A stretch of 64,000 bases of DNA from Amoebophrya sp. A120 (lineage: Eukaryota; Protista; Dinoflagellata), in the NCBI GenBank assembly GCA_905178155.1, contig CAJINV010000017.1:1472269-1536268 (forward strand), read 5' to 3'. How positions within the stretch are numbered: the stretch's first letter is position 1; every line of letters begins with the position of its first letter. The translations under genes were made by a program, and so were the position numbers. The notes under the pieces were generated by a model. That model saw only the letters and a program-made list of their open reading frames with translations. It was not told where the DNA came from and made no database searches. This document shows positions 24,245 to 38,030 of this stretch, piece after piece.

Positions 24245-26294
24245 GGAATAAAGCGAAAATCTTCACGAGGTGGAGAAAAAGAAATATAAAATCGAAAAAA
24301 ATAAGTATATGATAGATTCAAAATGGGAGACGATGTGCTGGAGGTGTAGAAAGTAAAAAAGATGACCTCGGCATGATCTTCAAGGAAGTTACTCAACTCG
24401 TTTCAGGCATAGTTTATTACAATTGCATGTTGAAGAAGAACAAGAAATTTACATCTTTATCGACGTAGTAGTTCCCTCGAAATTTAAAGGACTGCTGCAT
24501 CAGAAGATAATTGGATACAACGTCGGCGTACATAGGTTTCCTCGGTGTCACCACTCAACAAATAAATGCACGACTCGCTCGCTTGTGCCGGCGCTTATTG
24601 TGTCTTAAAAAAGCAGCTGTTGTTGAAAAATATACGATATTATGGAAATAAGAGCACCGCGCACCGGCGACCGATAGAGAAAAAAGGTTTCAATACGATT
24701 ACTGCATGTAGTTTGATCAATTTTTTAATCAAACAAACCAGAACTACTAGAACTCGGTCGGTATGGAAGCCGACGCCATGCTCAACACAACTATACCCAA
24801 TTGCGAAAAAAACCTCGTCGCACTGATAAGTATCTAGTTCGCCTAGAAGAAGCAGCAAGCAAAACTCCTATTAGTGGAGTTGACAACCACGGAAACTACT
24901 TTTTTCTTGCACAGCAAGCTTGCAGAATTCTACTGTCGATGAAGATACTGAACGCCGAAAAAAATAGCCGCGAGGACTCAAGCCCGAAGCCAGAAACGAT
25001 GAGCATACGAGAGCGCGATATCAATACCAGTATTGTCAGTCGTATTTTCTTGCCCTGCTACATCTGCCCTTTTGCAACCGAAAATTGGTAGTACAGAAGA
25101 TCGTCCTAGTAAAAAGCACTATAGACAACGTAAAGCATCGCACGTATACACTCGCCGAGCTTGCTAGAGGATCATCTTGACTCTTGTTGCACCTTGCCAG
25201 CCTGTACATTGCAAACGAAAGCAGCTACCTCGTCGCACTCGTAGTATCTGTATCGAGCGCCAGCGCTAGTTCTCTTTCTGCTATTTGGCGCAATACAGGT
25301 TTCTCCTGTATACGGTCACGTAGATGAAACAGAACAAACTAGGATGACCATGACGCGGATGTTACCGAATTATATTTCGACTCGTCTACAACTGTCGTCC
25401 TTCCTGAACAACTAATTGATGACTTGCTATACTACTTCTTGTTAGTACAACACTACCAAGCCTCTCCTCCGTAGTTTATCACCGCATAGTCACGACTTCA
25501 TTTACGACTTGCTCTATCGGAAAATCAAATATTCTTACCAACTACTTCTGCTAAACTACTGACACTCATTGTTACTTTGCTCAGGCCAGAGCTCTGTTAT
25601 CGCCAGAGAAAGAACTTCGGCACCACGATTGATACTATCCTTTCACTAATCTACTGCTTCTTAAATATTGTGCTGCACGGGTAGCAGCGATTATTACGTC
25701 ACTATCTTCCACTTCAACACCGACGATAAAATTGTCCCTGGATTTTGCGCTGTCGTATGTTGCAGCTAAAAATCTTCTATCATTTTCATCGCATCATGAC
25801 TGAACAGAAAGAGAGCCACGACATTGTTGTAAATCGCCAAAGAGGGCGGCCCTCGTATGGGATCCAGTTCTTGGCCCAACAGAGCAGGCGTCGAGCCTGC
25901 CGCTGTTGACATCGCCTCCGTTTTGTTCCGCGAGAAGAACTACATCAACCTTCTTCCCCCATGCTTGGAATTGGTGAAGCAGATGTAAAGGAGGACAAAA
26001 AAAAGAGGATGTAATTATTTTCGATTCTACCTTCATCTCAGCGACAATTTCCATAGGGTACGTATTGATCTTTTTCGTGCCTTAAATATTCCTCTCCTGT
26101 CTGTTCTATGTTGACCATGACAAGTGTAAGTGTGTGTTGTACATTCCTTATGTTATTGAGAGATGTTGTAGAGCCGGCGGTCATGATCTCGAGACGGATT
26201 GGGTTCCGTGCTTCTTATCTATACCATAGCTTTTGAGATTTAACTCGACGAGTTGCTGCAGTTATTCGGAACATCATCAATCTCCATCATCCAA

Positions 26295-27470
26295 ATGGCC
26301 GCCATCGAGTTTCGGCGCGCCAACTTCAATCTGGAAACTGCGGTAGATGCGGACGTTAGCGCCCCTCTAAAACTCGAGCTCACCTTTGAGGTTCTCGACA
26401 TTTTGCCAAACGCCGTGGAGATGAAGCTTTCCTTTCTGCCGCCGGTAGATTTGGGTAGTTCCGACGACGAGGAGGATGTTTCCGAGGATTGTGAGGGCGC
26501 TGGGAATAACGCTGACGAGGACGACGACGATGTTGAGAATAACAAGACCGAAAAATCTACTGCGAACAAAAGTTCCAAGAAGCAGAAAGCGATTGACAGT
26601 AAAACCCTTTCGATTTTCGTCACCAATCCGGACGAGCAGATCCTGGACGAGATCGAGTGCGGTCCGTTCCAACAGAAGGGCAAGAGGTACGGCGTTCTCA
26701 AACGTTACATTCTCAACTGTTTACATGAATTTGTAATGCAAAACTGCCATCAGGATCAAGGTACTCCGTATGACAAACTGTGCACAATCTTAACAGCATG
26801 ATCATCCGTTCCAAATTTGTAATGCAAAACGCGCAATCTTCTTCCCGCTCTCACTTTTACTGTTCTTGCGTCACAGATTCACTGTTCCGTCACAGATTCG
26901 CGCAACAGTTGAGACTGTAACGTTTGACACCCCCATAAGAGGAGGGTGATTCTGGAAGGCCAGGCCCCGGACTATGACAAAGTTCCGGAGGCGTCGAAGC
27001 TGGACAACGGCGGACTTTTGCTGACTGCGACCTATAAGGAGCAGGAATTCTACCGCTGCGGCTGGTTTCTCTCCCACAATTTCAAGGACCAGAAAGTACA
27101 GCAGGAGTGGCAAGAGACGGGGAAACGCCCACTGACGGTGGATTTCAGGAAGGATTTGCTGCGCCGGGTGGATTTCGAGCACCCAATAGAAAACAGAACG
27201 ATAATCGAGTGGGCGGAGGAACAACCGGAGAACGGGTTGAGAAAAAACGCCGGAAAAATAAATAACGCCAGCAGCGGGCATAATAGCTCCCGATCGAGCG
27301 AAGCGAGCGGCTCGTCTGGTGGTATTCACAGTGGGGAGCAAGAAGAAAGGCACGCGACAAAAAGGCGGAGAGTTCAGGAAGGCGGCGGAAGGGAAAAAGA
27401 CCGTCCGTCGAGCGGCAGGTCCAGAGAAGGTGGTGGAGGGAAGAGTAAGCCGAAGTTTATCATTGAGTAA
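26295..27470 (+). CDS. ASF1: Histone H3-H4 chaperone ASF1-like (intron 26687-26941)
   Basis: LKLELTFEVL, DEQILDEIECGP, APDYDKVP and LLLTATYKEQEFYRCGWF motifs; an acidic insertion and a disordered tail. Confidence 0.85.
26688..26937. mobile_element. Introner family D (250 bp); its boundaries are GT-AG
   Basis: TIR TACGGCGTTCTCAAACGTTACATTCTCAACTGT / ACAGTTGAGACTGTAACGTTTGACACCCCCATA; TSD AGAGG. Confidence 0.9.
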
Positions 27471-28351
27471 AAGAAATTTTTTCATCACATGACCGTTGTT
27501 AATGCGAGCAGGCACTAAGACTACTAGTATTTTCATTTTGTTTTTGAGCGACAGCTGCGAGGAAGATCTCACCGCTCCCATTGCGCGACTTATATATAGA
27601 GTTGCGGACGTGGTCCTGGTATGGTTGTTGATTGGAAGACATGTTCATAAGAATAAACAAGAATCTGCAGAAATAAATCTGCAACGGCCCTCCCAACGAT
27701 CTCGATCATTCACGAAGATGAGGATCTATGCTAGAAATAATCGGAGCTTGTTGCGATCATGTTGCGTAGTTACCACAAGAAGCGTTCTTGCAGCTGCTAA
27801 ATAAAGTTCATTTTCGCTGTGCTAGCGCCGGATCTTTACGACAAACAAACCGGATCACTAGAAAGAAGCTCATCAAATTTAGGCCGCATTTTTTATCCGC
27901 TACTTCGTCACTCAGTACCGGACGCGGAGAACAGAGACGCGGATGCTGTGTGTGGTACTGTTGAATCTGGACACGAAAGCTGCAACGTACTTAATGGTCT
28001 TGTTGTGCGATCCCCTATATAGTCTTGGTACCGGAATTACAACCCTGTTTCTTCGTACAACTTCAAGTTTCCAACCACGATAACGATAACAACACCAAAC
28101 CAGGGCAATTATTCGGTGCTTTCGCTGCACATGCAATTTTACAGTAAGTAGAGATCAGTCTGCCGATCTTTATCTATCAGACCCTACGAAAGACAAGGTC
28201 TCATTTTTGATCTTTCCTTCGCCTTCCTTCAAACTTTTTTCCTACATTACTGATTCATTTCCGTGATCTTTCGCCACGACCGCGCGAGCGATCTACTATT
28301 TACGAATTTAACAAGAGTTAGACTTTGAAGAACAGAACCCAGCAAGAAAAA

Positions 28352-29742
28352 ATGTCTCGCGACGCCGGCAAGCTTGCAGTGTTCAACCTGCCCGATGACT
28401 GCAAGGAATCGGAATTGGAAGACCTGTTCGGAAAGTACGGAAAACTGACCCGTGCCTGCATCCGGCAAACCCGGGGAGGCGACACCATGGCGTTTGTGGA
28501 GTTCACCGATTCAAGGGACGCCGAGGACGCAAAAAAGGACCGGTACATATTTATTATAAGTTGGTTTTATTGCGGTCCTCATACATGGAGCAGCAGGTTT
28601 CACTTACACTTAGGTATTAATTTAATACCATGACAAGTTTTGTTTCGTTCGTCATCTCATACTCAGCAAGTTACTTAAAAGATGCAATGACTACAACAGC
28701 CACGGTTACGAGTTTGCCGATCGCCGTCTCCGCGTGGAATTCTCTGCCGTACCGCGTGGCGGCCGCGGGGACTCTCGGGGGCGCAAGGACTCCCGCGGAC
28801 GACGAGATTCCCGCCGCCGAGGAGGCCGCCGCTCCCCGCCGAGAAAGGGAAAGGGCAAGGGCGTGGGATTGCGAGACTCGTATTTCTCTTGGTTTTTGTT
28901 TTCTATCAGTCGATAAAGGACAACGAACTGCATTTGAATTTGATACTAACGAGGTAGTACGCAGTGGATTTTTCTTTTCTTCCGCTTGTTCTAGTTCTCA
29001 ATGTTAATTCTGGCATCATGAGGAAGCGCAATACAAATGTTCCAGGTATCACAAGGTTGAGGTGTCAGGGATGCCGGAGACCGCGTCGTGGCAAGATGTC
29101 AAGGACTTCCTGCGCAAGGCTGCAGCCGTCAAGTTTACGGACGTATAGACTTCTTTATTTTTCCGAAGGCTGTAGCTGTTATTTCCGTATCCGTGCCATA
29201 CTCTGTCATGCGTACATCAAATGTATCTCGACGTGGTCATTCTTCTGGCATCTGTCATTGGGTTGCAGCAGGTATCATAGTTATTCATAGTTGCTGCAAA
29301 AGCATCAGCATGAGGATGAAAAATTACCATCACAGATCGACCCCCACCACCGTGACGTGGGTATCGGCGGATTTGATGATGAGAAAGAAGCCGCGCGGGC
29401 GGTGAAGGACCTCGACGACACTACCTTCACGGCGCGTGATGGTACTTGAACTTTGCTTACTTTGCTCTGTAGTTGTTTTTCTTTTTGCTGCATCCTTTAC
29501 ATGTATGACATTCACAACGACAACTTGGGCATAATGCTAGAATTCGTTGCCGTTGCGCCAACACCATGCCAAAACAGTATCGCTACTTGTATTTACAACA
29601 TTTAGGTGAGAAGAAGCGCGTGCGCGTGCGACTGCTCGGCGCACCCGGCGAGGCGGGTGGAAATCGTTCCCGTTCCCGATCTCGTTCCCCTGCGGGCGGC
29701 CGCTCCCGATCCCGCTCCCGTAGCCGCGGCAGCCGTCGCTAA
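28352..29742 (+). CDS. SR splicing factor, SRSF1-like (RRM, pseudo-RRM, RS domain; 5 exons, GT-AG introns)
   Basis: RRM1 (AVFNLP, AFVEFTDSRDAEDA), the ASWQDVKDFLR motif and a C-terminal RSRSRSRS tract. Confidence 0.9.
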
Positions 29743-31476
29743 GCTGATCAGGTTGATGGTAGTTGTGAGCAGGGTTGGAAACACCAACGAAAATGTTTCT
29801 CACAACGTCGATGCGATACCGATAGTTCCGGAGGGCAACTCTTCAGCTTTTTTTATCGTGGCTTTTTACTATAAGAATCACATGATCACGCGACACAACT
29901 GGATGTTCATCGAAAGGAATCTCTTTTTTTCACAGCGTAGCAAGACGAGCACAGCGAAAACTTTACTAGAGCATACAGAGAACTACAGAACTACGGAAGG
30001 TACTATTTGTTAAAAAACGGATAGGATCCTATATCGGGATCTAGATCAACGTCAACCACCGCCACGCGGATGGGGGACCTGGAACGCGGAAGAACCTATT
30101 GCAACTTAGTACGAATTATGATAAACCGTTGAAGAAATACGGTGGACCACCGCTCGGATAGCGAGCACGGCGACTTCTCCAATCGTCAACGCTTCTATTC
30201 CTGCAGCTGAAGACCACGTCAGGCTGTACTACTAGTAGATCAACTCCGTCGACAATATATACACCGAAGACGAATAAACCGGATAAAGCAGCAAGGGATT
30301 CTGATAGCATAGCGTGCTTCAATCATGCACATGACAATTATGTATCTACAACGGTGGGTGGACGAGAGGAGGAAGGACCGGCAAAGATACCAAGGAATTC
30401 CGCAGTTGTATTTTTTTATGAAAACAAACAAGCGATGCTGGGACGATGTTTAATCTGCTTGCAATATGACCACGTTGACAGCAACAGCTGCGTGGTGCTG
30501 ACGAGCATGAAAGCTGCACAACTAGTGATTGCACGACGGTGTTGACCCATAGTACAACCACCTCGTGCTACAAAAATCCCTTGCCAAAGATAAATGAAAC
30601 TTGTTTCGCATTCGACGCAGAAGTTCGAAAAGATGAAGGCCAGCTGGAACAAAAGCGCAGGGAATGAAACCAGAACGGAAAAAAAAAAACCTTTTCGTCC
30701 TCGTGTTTGATGTTCGGAACTGAGCCACTCAGGCTTCTGAAAATTCGAACACTGTAAGAACCACATATCCTAGCGCACACAGAGTCCTATCAACTTGACA
30801 ACGAGACAGCTCTATATGCGCTCCTTCGGTGAATAAGTCAGATTCTTTGCTGCAGTGTCTGTGCTTGTGTGTGCAATTTGAATTGTGATCTTCCAAATTG
30901 GAAAGGAAAGTGAAGATCAGATGAAGGCCTGAGTCACTATAAATGATCGCATCAGTAGTTCTTGTACCTGCGCAAGTACCAACGATCATGACAATGCTCG
31001 GTCTTCCCTCCTAGGTCGAAATGATGTTCATCTGTAATTAAGTTTGCATATTATTGGGCGACTTCGCCACGGAAAAATCTTCCACCTCCTGGATCCTGCG
31101 CTATTCGGCTCGGATGAGGGGTGTTTAGTCGGTAGAAAAGTATAGTTTTGAAGTTCTTTCGCTGATGTGTAGTTTGGTTTGTCGCGATATAATTTTTGCT
31201 CTGTTCTTGCAATAACAAATGCTACAGTGACTGCGACAAAGTGAAAGCTTGAGGACCTTGAGGACGGACTAGTTTTTATTGCTCCACTTCATGTCGATCA
31301 CGACCGGGACTGGCCACGTTGTCGCGTTAATGTGATCACTCTATTTCGCTTTCGTTCCTTTTATTCTTTTCATCTTCGACACTTACTTTTGGCTTTCCAC
31401 TTCAACATCGACATTATGTAAAATAAAATGCGGTAGAATTATAAATCGAGAACCAAAACGAGAACCACGACGAGCC

Positions 31477-33003
31477 ATGGAGTCTTATTGCCTCCGCGTC
31501 ACCGGAGATGAGGAGTACCCGGAAGCGGGAACCAGCGACACAGAGGTCGAGGTCTGGTGGACACGACGGCCAGACATGTTCAACGATGCTGTACTGCAGC
31601 GACCACCTAAAAAACGAGCATCAGTGGAACGACGCAGCGTTGTAGTATTACGCGGGGCCAGTGAAGACATCAAGGGCCGCGTATGCGGCTGGCCGGTTGA
31701 AGGGACACCTGAAAATAAAGGATGTTGCGTCGTCGAAAGGGAGGACGACCCAGAGGACCATTATTCTGACACGGCCTCGAGCTGCAGCCACCTTACCAGC
31801 GATGAGGATTCTGACGATAGTACGGACGAAAGGAGAGGAGATGGTCGTTGTACGGTTGAGACCACATCAAGGGCTACTCCTTGTAATTTAGCATCGAGGA
31901 AACTGGCTTTGAGAATCAGAAAATCCGCGACTTTTTTCCGGCAATTGAACGCGATGGATTTTCTCGATCGGCTGAAGCATTACCCGCACAGAAAAATGCT
32001 GTTATACTACGCCGCCAATCGGATTTGGCCCAGTGCACTCGCGTTGGTAGACTGCTGTGTCTTGCTTGGGACGACGAAAGAGGAACTGCTGGTGTCGCGG
32101 CATGGAAGTTGCAATGCCGTTGACGAGCAGAGTCCAGAAAAACTATCAAATCCGGCTACTTCGGATGAAGAATATGGTTCGACGGTTCATCTCCTCGAGC
32201 TCGGCTGCGGGCTTGGGGTAACCGGAATGCTGATGCACAAACTAGGCTGGTTCGAAAAAACGGTGCTAACGGATCTGGAGGAGGTTGTGGCGGAGGTGGA
32301 AGCCAATATTGCTCGAAATTTCGCATCTCAACATAATTGCGGCACAGGCACTACTAGCAGGACAAGCAGCATTACAGCCTGCCCATTTGATTGGACAGAT
32401 GACAAGGCTTTGGAAAGAGTGTTCGAAACGCTCCTGCAAACTGGAGAGGACAGCGGGGATAAAAAAGAACCGTCGAAAGAGCAAGTAGAACAAGAACGCT
32501 TCGGAGGTCTTCCAAAGAGACGAAGCCGTGATCTTTTCATCGCTTGCGCGGACTGCATCCACAAACCGCTGTATGGTGCGGACTGCGTCGATTTTCTCTA
32601 CACCGCTCTGTCTCGGGTTTTCCAACACACGAAGGAGAAAAGCGATTTTCGAAGAGTGACCGCTCTGGTTGCGTGTGAGCACAGAAGTCCCGACGACGGC
32701 GTGGCGGAGTTTATGGAGAGAGTGAAGCAGCTTCCCGGTCGTGTAATACGAAAAACGGACGAGGAGCAAACAGGATCTAGTACTGTCGACCCGCCATGGA
32801 CTTCCGCTACCACGATTGACTACGAGAATTTGGTGAACACGATTGACAACGAGGAGCATAATCGATTGAAGCCTCTTTTCTGCGAAGCGGGAAATGACGA
32901 CAGTGAGGATCATCATTCCAGTTGTTCCTACAACACCTTTCAGCAGTGCTCCACCGGCTCGGTTGAGGTTGTGAAGCTCGTTTGGGAAAGACCAGCACAA
33001 TAG
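31477..33003 (+). CDS. Protein-lysine methyltransferase (METTL21 / Methyltransf_16 family)
   Basis: RIWPSALAL, LLELGCGLGVTG, LTDLEEV, PFDW and IACADCIH motifs. Confidence 0.88.
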   Translation: MESYCLRVTGDEEYPEAGTSDTEVEVWWTRRPDMFNDAVLQRPPKKRASVERRSVVVLRGASEDIKGRVCGWPVEGTPENKGCCVVEREDDPEDHYSDTASSCSHLTSDEDSDDSTDERRGDGRCTVETTSRATPCNLASRKLALRIRKSATFFRQLNAMDFLDRLKHYPHRKMLLYYAANRIWPSALALVDCCVLLGTTKEELLVSRHGSCNAVDEQSPEKLSNPATSDEEYGSTVHLLELGCGLGVTGMLMHKLGWFEKTVLTDLEEVVAEVEANIARNFASQHNCGTGTTSRTSSITACPFDWTDDKALERVFETLLQTGEDSGDKKEPSKEQVEQERFGGLPKRRSRDLFIACADCIHKPLYGADCVDFLYTALSRVFQHTKEKSDFRRVTALVACEHRSPDDGVAEFMERVKQLPGRVIRKTDEEQTGSSTVDPPWTSATTIDYENLVNTIDNEEHNRLKPLFCEAGNDDSEDHHSSCSYNTFQQCSTGSVEVVKLVWERPAQ

Positions 33004-33542
33004 AAAATTTCACACGTGGTCGAACAATTCAGCGACCGCCTTCGCCTTCCGATGATTTCGTGATGTAGTAACGACCACGACATGAAATGATAAAAGTAAA
33101 TCGAAATCGTCTGATCATCTTGATCTTCAGAGAGAAATACAAAATGAAGGAAAAACACCTGCTCTGTGAAGATCTCCTTTTTCATCGCTGATCGGCTCGG
33201 CCATGCCAGCCTGTTTTTTGCGACGCCGATCTTTTTTTGTTCGACCCTGCCCTGCCGCTGCCGTTCTTTTCATTGGGCTGACACTGGCTTTTTGTTTGGA
33301 TCTCAGAGACCAAACTACATACAGTGGTGCGCTGCACTCGTCGTCAGCGATTTAAGGTCGAGCATGTTGCAGCTTTGAGTGGGTTTATTTTTCATCTGCA
33401 AGAGCAAGGGGCACTCCCACTCTATGAGTTCCTCGTGGTCGTCCTCCCTCACTATTCTCAAGCAATAAAACATTACATGTTTCGGTTTCGCAGCTGCATC
33501 TGAATTTTTGCGGGACGAGCGTTGTTTGTACCAAGTACCAAG

Positions 33543-36500
33543 ATGGCTTTTTTCCAGGACGACCGCTCAGTGCGCTCAGGTGGAGGCGTGAACAGGCACG
33601 AAGCGACATTCTCCGTCTACGTCGATAACGTCGACCCGGCGAGCCTCGACTTACCCACAGTGACAGAGCTCGCAACTTACAGCTACCCTCCACAGGAGGA
33701 ACCGAGCTCGGGTTCTACTTATAGTTCTTCGTTATCTACTTCCTACCCGTCGCTGCACAAGGAGGACGTCTACACTCCTGCGCACCAGGAGCAGACCCTA
33801 TCCCTGATACCGCCGACGGCGGTCGGCAGGTTCGCGCTGCGGCACGAGGTCGACTTGAACCTGTACCGCAATTTAGTGCCGCTCTGGAATGGGGACCACT
33901 TCGACCTGTCAGACAAGTTCGATGCCGTGTGCGGGATCAAGGAACTAGACAAAGTGAAATGGGCAACGACCAAGACGACAACGTGTATTTCTAGTGGTAA
34001 GGAAATGGGTACCAATAACGACAGTGGTCTCCAGCCCGAAGAGCTGAAAGCCAGAGCGAGTTTTCTCGCGACCGCGATCGCCGCGAGGCTACTGTACGCG
34101 TACGAGAAAGCGGAGCAGGAGAGTGAAAAGAAAAAATCTGGAAAAAAAGGCAAAAAGAAGGGCGGCGGGAAGGGAAAAAAGGGCAATAACAAGGCCGGCT
34201 CAACTACATCTACCTTCGAGCCGGAGAGCAGACGAAAAAGCTCGTTTGAAGGAGAGCAGGACGCTACTAGCCCCTTGTTGAAAAAGCAACGGGCGAATAG
34301 CAGCGGTGGCGAAGATTATGATAGCCCTAATGCTAATATCAATGACAGGGAGCACGACTCCCCCTTCCCCGCGGCCGACACTCCAGAGGCGAGAAAACAG
34401 CTTTACCAAGCCTGTCTCAGCTACTGCTTCGGTGCGGTAAATTCCATCACTACCGCCTCTTCCCGAGCAGGCGCAACATTAGTGAATTCTGGGTCCTCGT
34501 CGCTCTTCGGAGAAGTGTTTGAGTTTGAGAAACTGCTCCACGCACACAAATTAACACGAATCTCCGATGACCTCGGCCCCGTTGACGCGTTCCTGGACCA
34601 GATTTCAATACTCCACGCTGAAGAAAAATTAGACCTCTCAGGAGATAGCAAAAAAACCAACGAGGATCACCTACAAAGCCAAAGCGCATTGGCCCCTCCG
34701 CGGAAGGAAACCCGGTGGTCCCAGTTCAAGATGTGGGCGACGTTGGCACCGAGTATCGAGGAGTGCACGTTTTTCGTGCCCCGGTTTTTCCTCGTGGATC
34801 TTGGGGCGGCGATGGAGAAAGCCCCGTACGACGTGGACAAGGAAGTCACGCTTTTGGTGGACGAAACAAAGTATCAAAGTGAAAAATCCCCCCACCCCAT
34901 ACTTAAACTAGAAATTTGTGATGCAGATTTGTGGTCACGAATCAGCTTTGATGCTAGAAGGGAAAAGATACGGACTGTAGTGCTGGCTGGCGTGGGAAAG
35001 CCTTGCATCCTCAGCATGACAGGGGGCAGCTGGAAGGGGGAAACAGTGTGACAAATTGCCTGCAAACGAGGCCAAAGCTGCGTCTCTTAGCCTTCTAGCA
35101 TTACAAGCCGATTTGTGTACTCAGATACAGCATCACAAATTTCGTTTTCGATATGGGGAGGGGGGATTTTTCCTTTTGATACAAAGAAGCACATCTTTGT
35201 GGGCCAGTCCGGCATGTTCAACGACAAGACGTACAACGACGGCCAACGGCAGGGGTACCACTTTGAGAGCAAACTGCTCGACGGGTTTTCCGACGGTGGC
35301 AGGACGCATTTGCTTACTGTGCTGGAGTTTTGTTCTAGTGGATCAAAGGACCACGCCGCTGGTGGTGGACGAAGCAGACGACCCAGCAACACGAGTACAG
35401 CCATGTCATCATTGAAATGCGTCTACTCCTGCGCCCCAGATTTTGCTTTTGGCGAGCAGAAGCCGCGACCGGAGAAGGAAGTCGATTTGTTCAAGTGGAA
35501 GACAATAACGAGGAAGAAGGAACAGAATCTGAATCCCGCGTCTCTAACGTCTTCTACAAGTAGCGCGGCAGGCGTTTCTGGCGGAGTAGATGGGAACAAG
35601 GTTTCAACCAAGGAACTCATCTCGGAGTGGCTCGCCACCGGCAAAAGCTGTCAGTACGGGTTACCGGGCGACGAAGAGAAAGTCGAAACTTTGCACATCT
35701 GGAAACAGACGACGAGTGATGAAGACCACAGCGCTAGTGCGCCCTCAACTGCGGTCAAAGATGAACCGGAGCCAAATCACGACAAAAGTAGAACCAGGTC
35801 AACTATTTACGGCGAACTGAAGCGCACCCGACATCTTTTCGGGAAAGGCGGCGAGTTGAAAAAGCTGAAATATTGGCTGCAGGCGTATTTCGGCAACATC
35901 AATCGCGTGATCGTGGGCTTGGATGGGGACCATGGACAGAACCGAAGTGATGATAAGAACATCATTAACGAAGTACTGTGTTTTATCCTGAGTAAAAACG
36001 TCCCGACACCAGAGTCAGGATGGGGATTTTGCAACACAAACCTAGGAGCTTTGGGAGTCACGCATGACAAGGTGCACTCCGCAGTGTAGTGCAGGTTAGC
36101 AAGTGCAGCCGCATCACAGATTCATCTGCTCATCCTGTTCACAGCATCACAAATTCCAATACACGATTGGAAATGGCTTTCATGGGGATGCGCATCACAA
36201 ATGTCTTTGTCATTGCAAATCTGCGTGACAGCTCTGGTGTGGGGACGTTTTTACTCAGGATATGTTTTGAAACGAACACCCTTGTGCCGGACTTGAACCA
36301 CCAGAAAAAGTTATCCGGGAGAAAACACCCATCCCCATCCATTTTTTGCATGAGAAATAGTGGACTTTATGCATGTTTTGCATGATGTCCGCCTGACCCA
36401 CCTTCCCTGCGTGACAGCCATCTGCGGCCGTTTGCACAGGGGGAGGCAAAGAGTGTCGCACTTCGGTTTAGCATGACAAATTGGATGGGGATGGGTATTT

Positions 36501-36719
36501 TTTCCTGGATGAAAGTGTATGCTGAAACTGCAAAATGCCCTGGAGTGGATACAGCACACCGTGACGGGCAAGTCACAGAGACCAGCGGGGCAGGCGTCTT
36601 TGTGGACCCTGAAAATCCGAAAGGAAGATAGCTTCGCTACCACCTGCAAATTGCAATTGGTGGAGCAAGCGGATGAGAAAGTGCCGAGTTTTGTCGGGGA
36701 AGTTTTCAGTACGACGTGA
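33543..36719 (+). CDS. Protein with a C-terminal DXO/Rai1-family decapping exoribonuclease domain (4 exons, 3 introners)
   Basis: GYHFE, YGELK and KLKYWLQAYFGNINRVIVG motifs. ORFs 33522, 35115, 36089 and 36519 join in frame once the three elements are removed. Confidence 0.78.
34872..35181. mobile_element. Introner (310 bp)
   Basis: TIR TATCAAAGTGAAAAATCCCCCCACCCCATA / TATGGGGAGGGGGGATTTTTCCTTTTGATA; TSD CAAAG. Removal gives DETK-KHIFVG. Confidence 0.92.
35984..36262. mobile_element. Introner family A (279 bp)
   Basis: TIR TATCCTGAGTAAAAACGTCCC; TSD TGTTT. Removal gives VLCF-ETNTL. Confidence 0.95.
36312..36511. mobile_element. Introner (200 bp)
   Basis: TIR TATCCGGGAGAAAACACCCATCCCCATCC / GGATGGGGATGGGTATTTTTTCCTGGATG; TSD AAAGT. 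Removal gives QKK-CMLKLQ. Confidence 0.9.
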
Positions 36720-37334
36720 TAAAGCGACCTTAAGAATGGAGGTTTTTGCTGGCTGGTACGGACGCATCTAGGTTAGATTTTTCGAAGAAATTCACAATCA
36801 AATGACGCAGAGTGAAAACTTGACCACCATTCAGACCGGGAATTGTGAACGAACCTTGAGGGAGGTTCCTCATTCTGCTAGGGTTCAACTTTTCCCCTCA
36901 TACGTAACAAATTGTCCGATTTCGTTGGTGGTGTCTACGATCGTGTGTAAGAACCAATCCACGCGGCGTGCGCCGCGTGGGAAAACATACAAAGAACCTT
37001 CAGTGTGGGCCTAAGACTAGCTTGATTCTCTGTCAAATTGTGTGTCTGTCCATCTCGTTGGTGGTGTCTACGGTCGTTTGCAAGTACTTTCGTGACATTC
37101 ACAAGTAGGAGTTTGATTTTGAGCAAATCAATATATCAAGAGAGGTGAAGATGAAAAAATTCTTGAAAATCATGGAGCGGTTTTTTTGGCGAGAGAAAAA
37201 CAAGGCGAGTCTTGCTTCTGAATCTCTCCCCGATTTGTGATGTCCATGCAGTAAGTTTTTGCATTGATCGACGACCAAGTTCGTGTCTCTCGTCTCCCCA
37301 GTTTTGGTTTTCCGTTACAGTAATGTGCAGAAAA

Positions 37335-38030
37335 ATGGCTATCTCCTTGCATCGCGCCGGGAGGTCTTGCTCCTCCTTGCGTGGGTTGCAAATGTGGGTC
37401 AGCCGGTCAGACTTTTTGTCGCGACCAACAGAAACTCGGAAGCAGAAACTTCTCAGGACTTTGTGTACCTTCACCACAACGCGACCGCACAGCACCGTAG
37501 CCGCTACACTAGACGCCCCGGTCGCTACTTCTAGCGCACCCCGAGAGGAGCCCGTTGCACCCTCTGGAACGCGCTTCAGTATACGATCGTCCTCCGGCGT
37601 ATCTGCGTCCTCTACTGCGACTTCTATCCTAGACGACGTGCTTGTCAATGGTGCTGCAACATCGAAAGCGACCTCGTCCACCATCGCGGGCACCGGCTGT
37701 TGCAATGCCCCCACAGCCCCCAGAGAAGTGCAGCCCGACCTTCCCCTCTCCAACATTCCCGGCGCGGGCAACATGCGAAAAAAGCGCACCCCCGAGGAAC
37801 GGAAGCAGCGACGGGCGGAAGCGCAGGCGAGCCGCGACAGCGCGCGGGCGGACTTCCACAAAGCACGGGTGTGGTATTACACGAAAAACAGTGGCGCAAC
37901 CATGTTGAGCTTCGCGATCGGCTACTGGGGAACGCGGTGGTATGAAGATTATTGTAGCGAACAAAAAAGATCTGAAGGGGTGGATGGAAATTCTGTGCTT
38001 CCTAGTGCCGAAGATACTGCAAAAAGCTAG
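37335..38030 (+). CDS. Hypothetical protein, possibly mitochondrial (R/S-rich N-terminus, C-terminal hydrophobic segment)
   Basis: ORF 37212-38030 with an in-frame ATG; assignment rests on composition only. Confidence 0.5.
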   Translation: MAISLHRAGRSCSSLRGLQMWVSRSDFLSRPTETRKQKLLRTLCTFTTTRPHSTVAATLDAPVATSSAPREEPVAPSGTRFSIRSSSGVSASSTATSILDDVLVNGAATSKATSSTIAGTGCCNAPTAPREVQPDLPLSNIPGAGNMRKKRTPEERKQRRAEAQASRDSARADFHKARVWYYTKNSGATMLSFAIGYWGTRWYEDYCSEQKRSEGVDGNSVLPSAEDTAKS

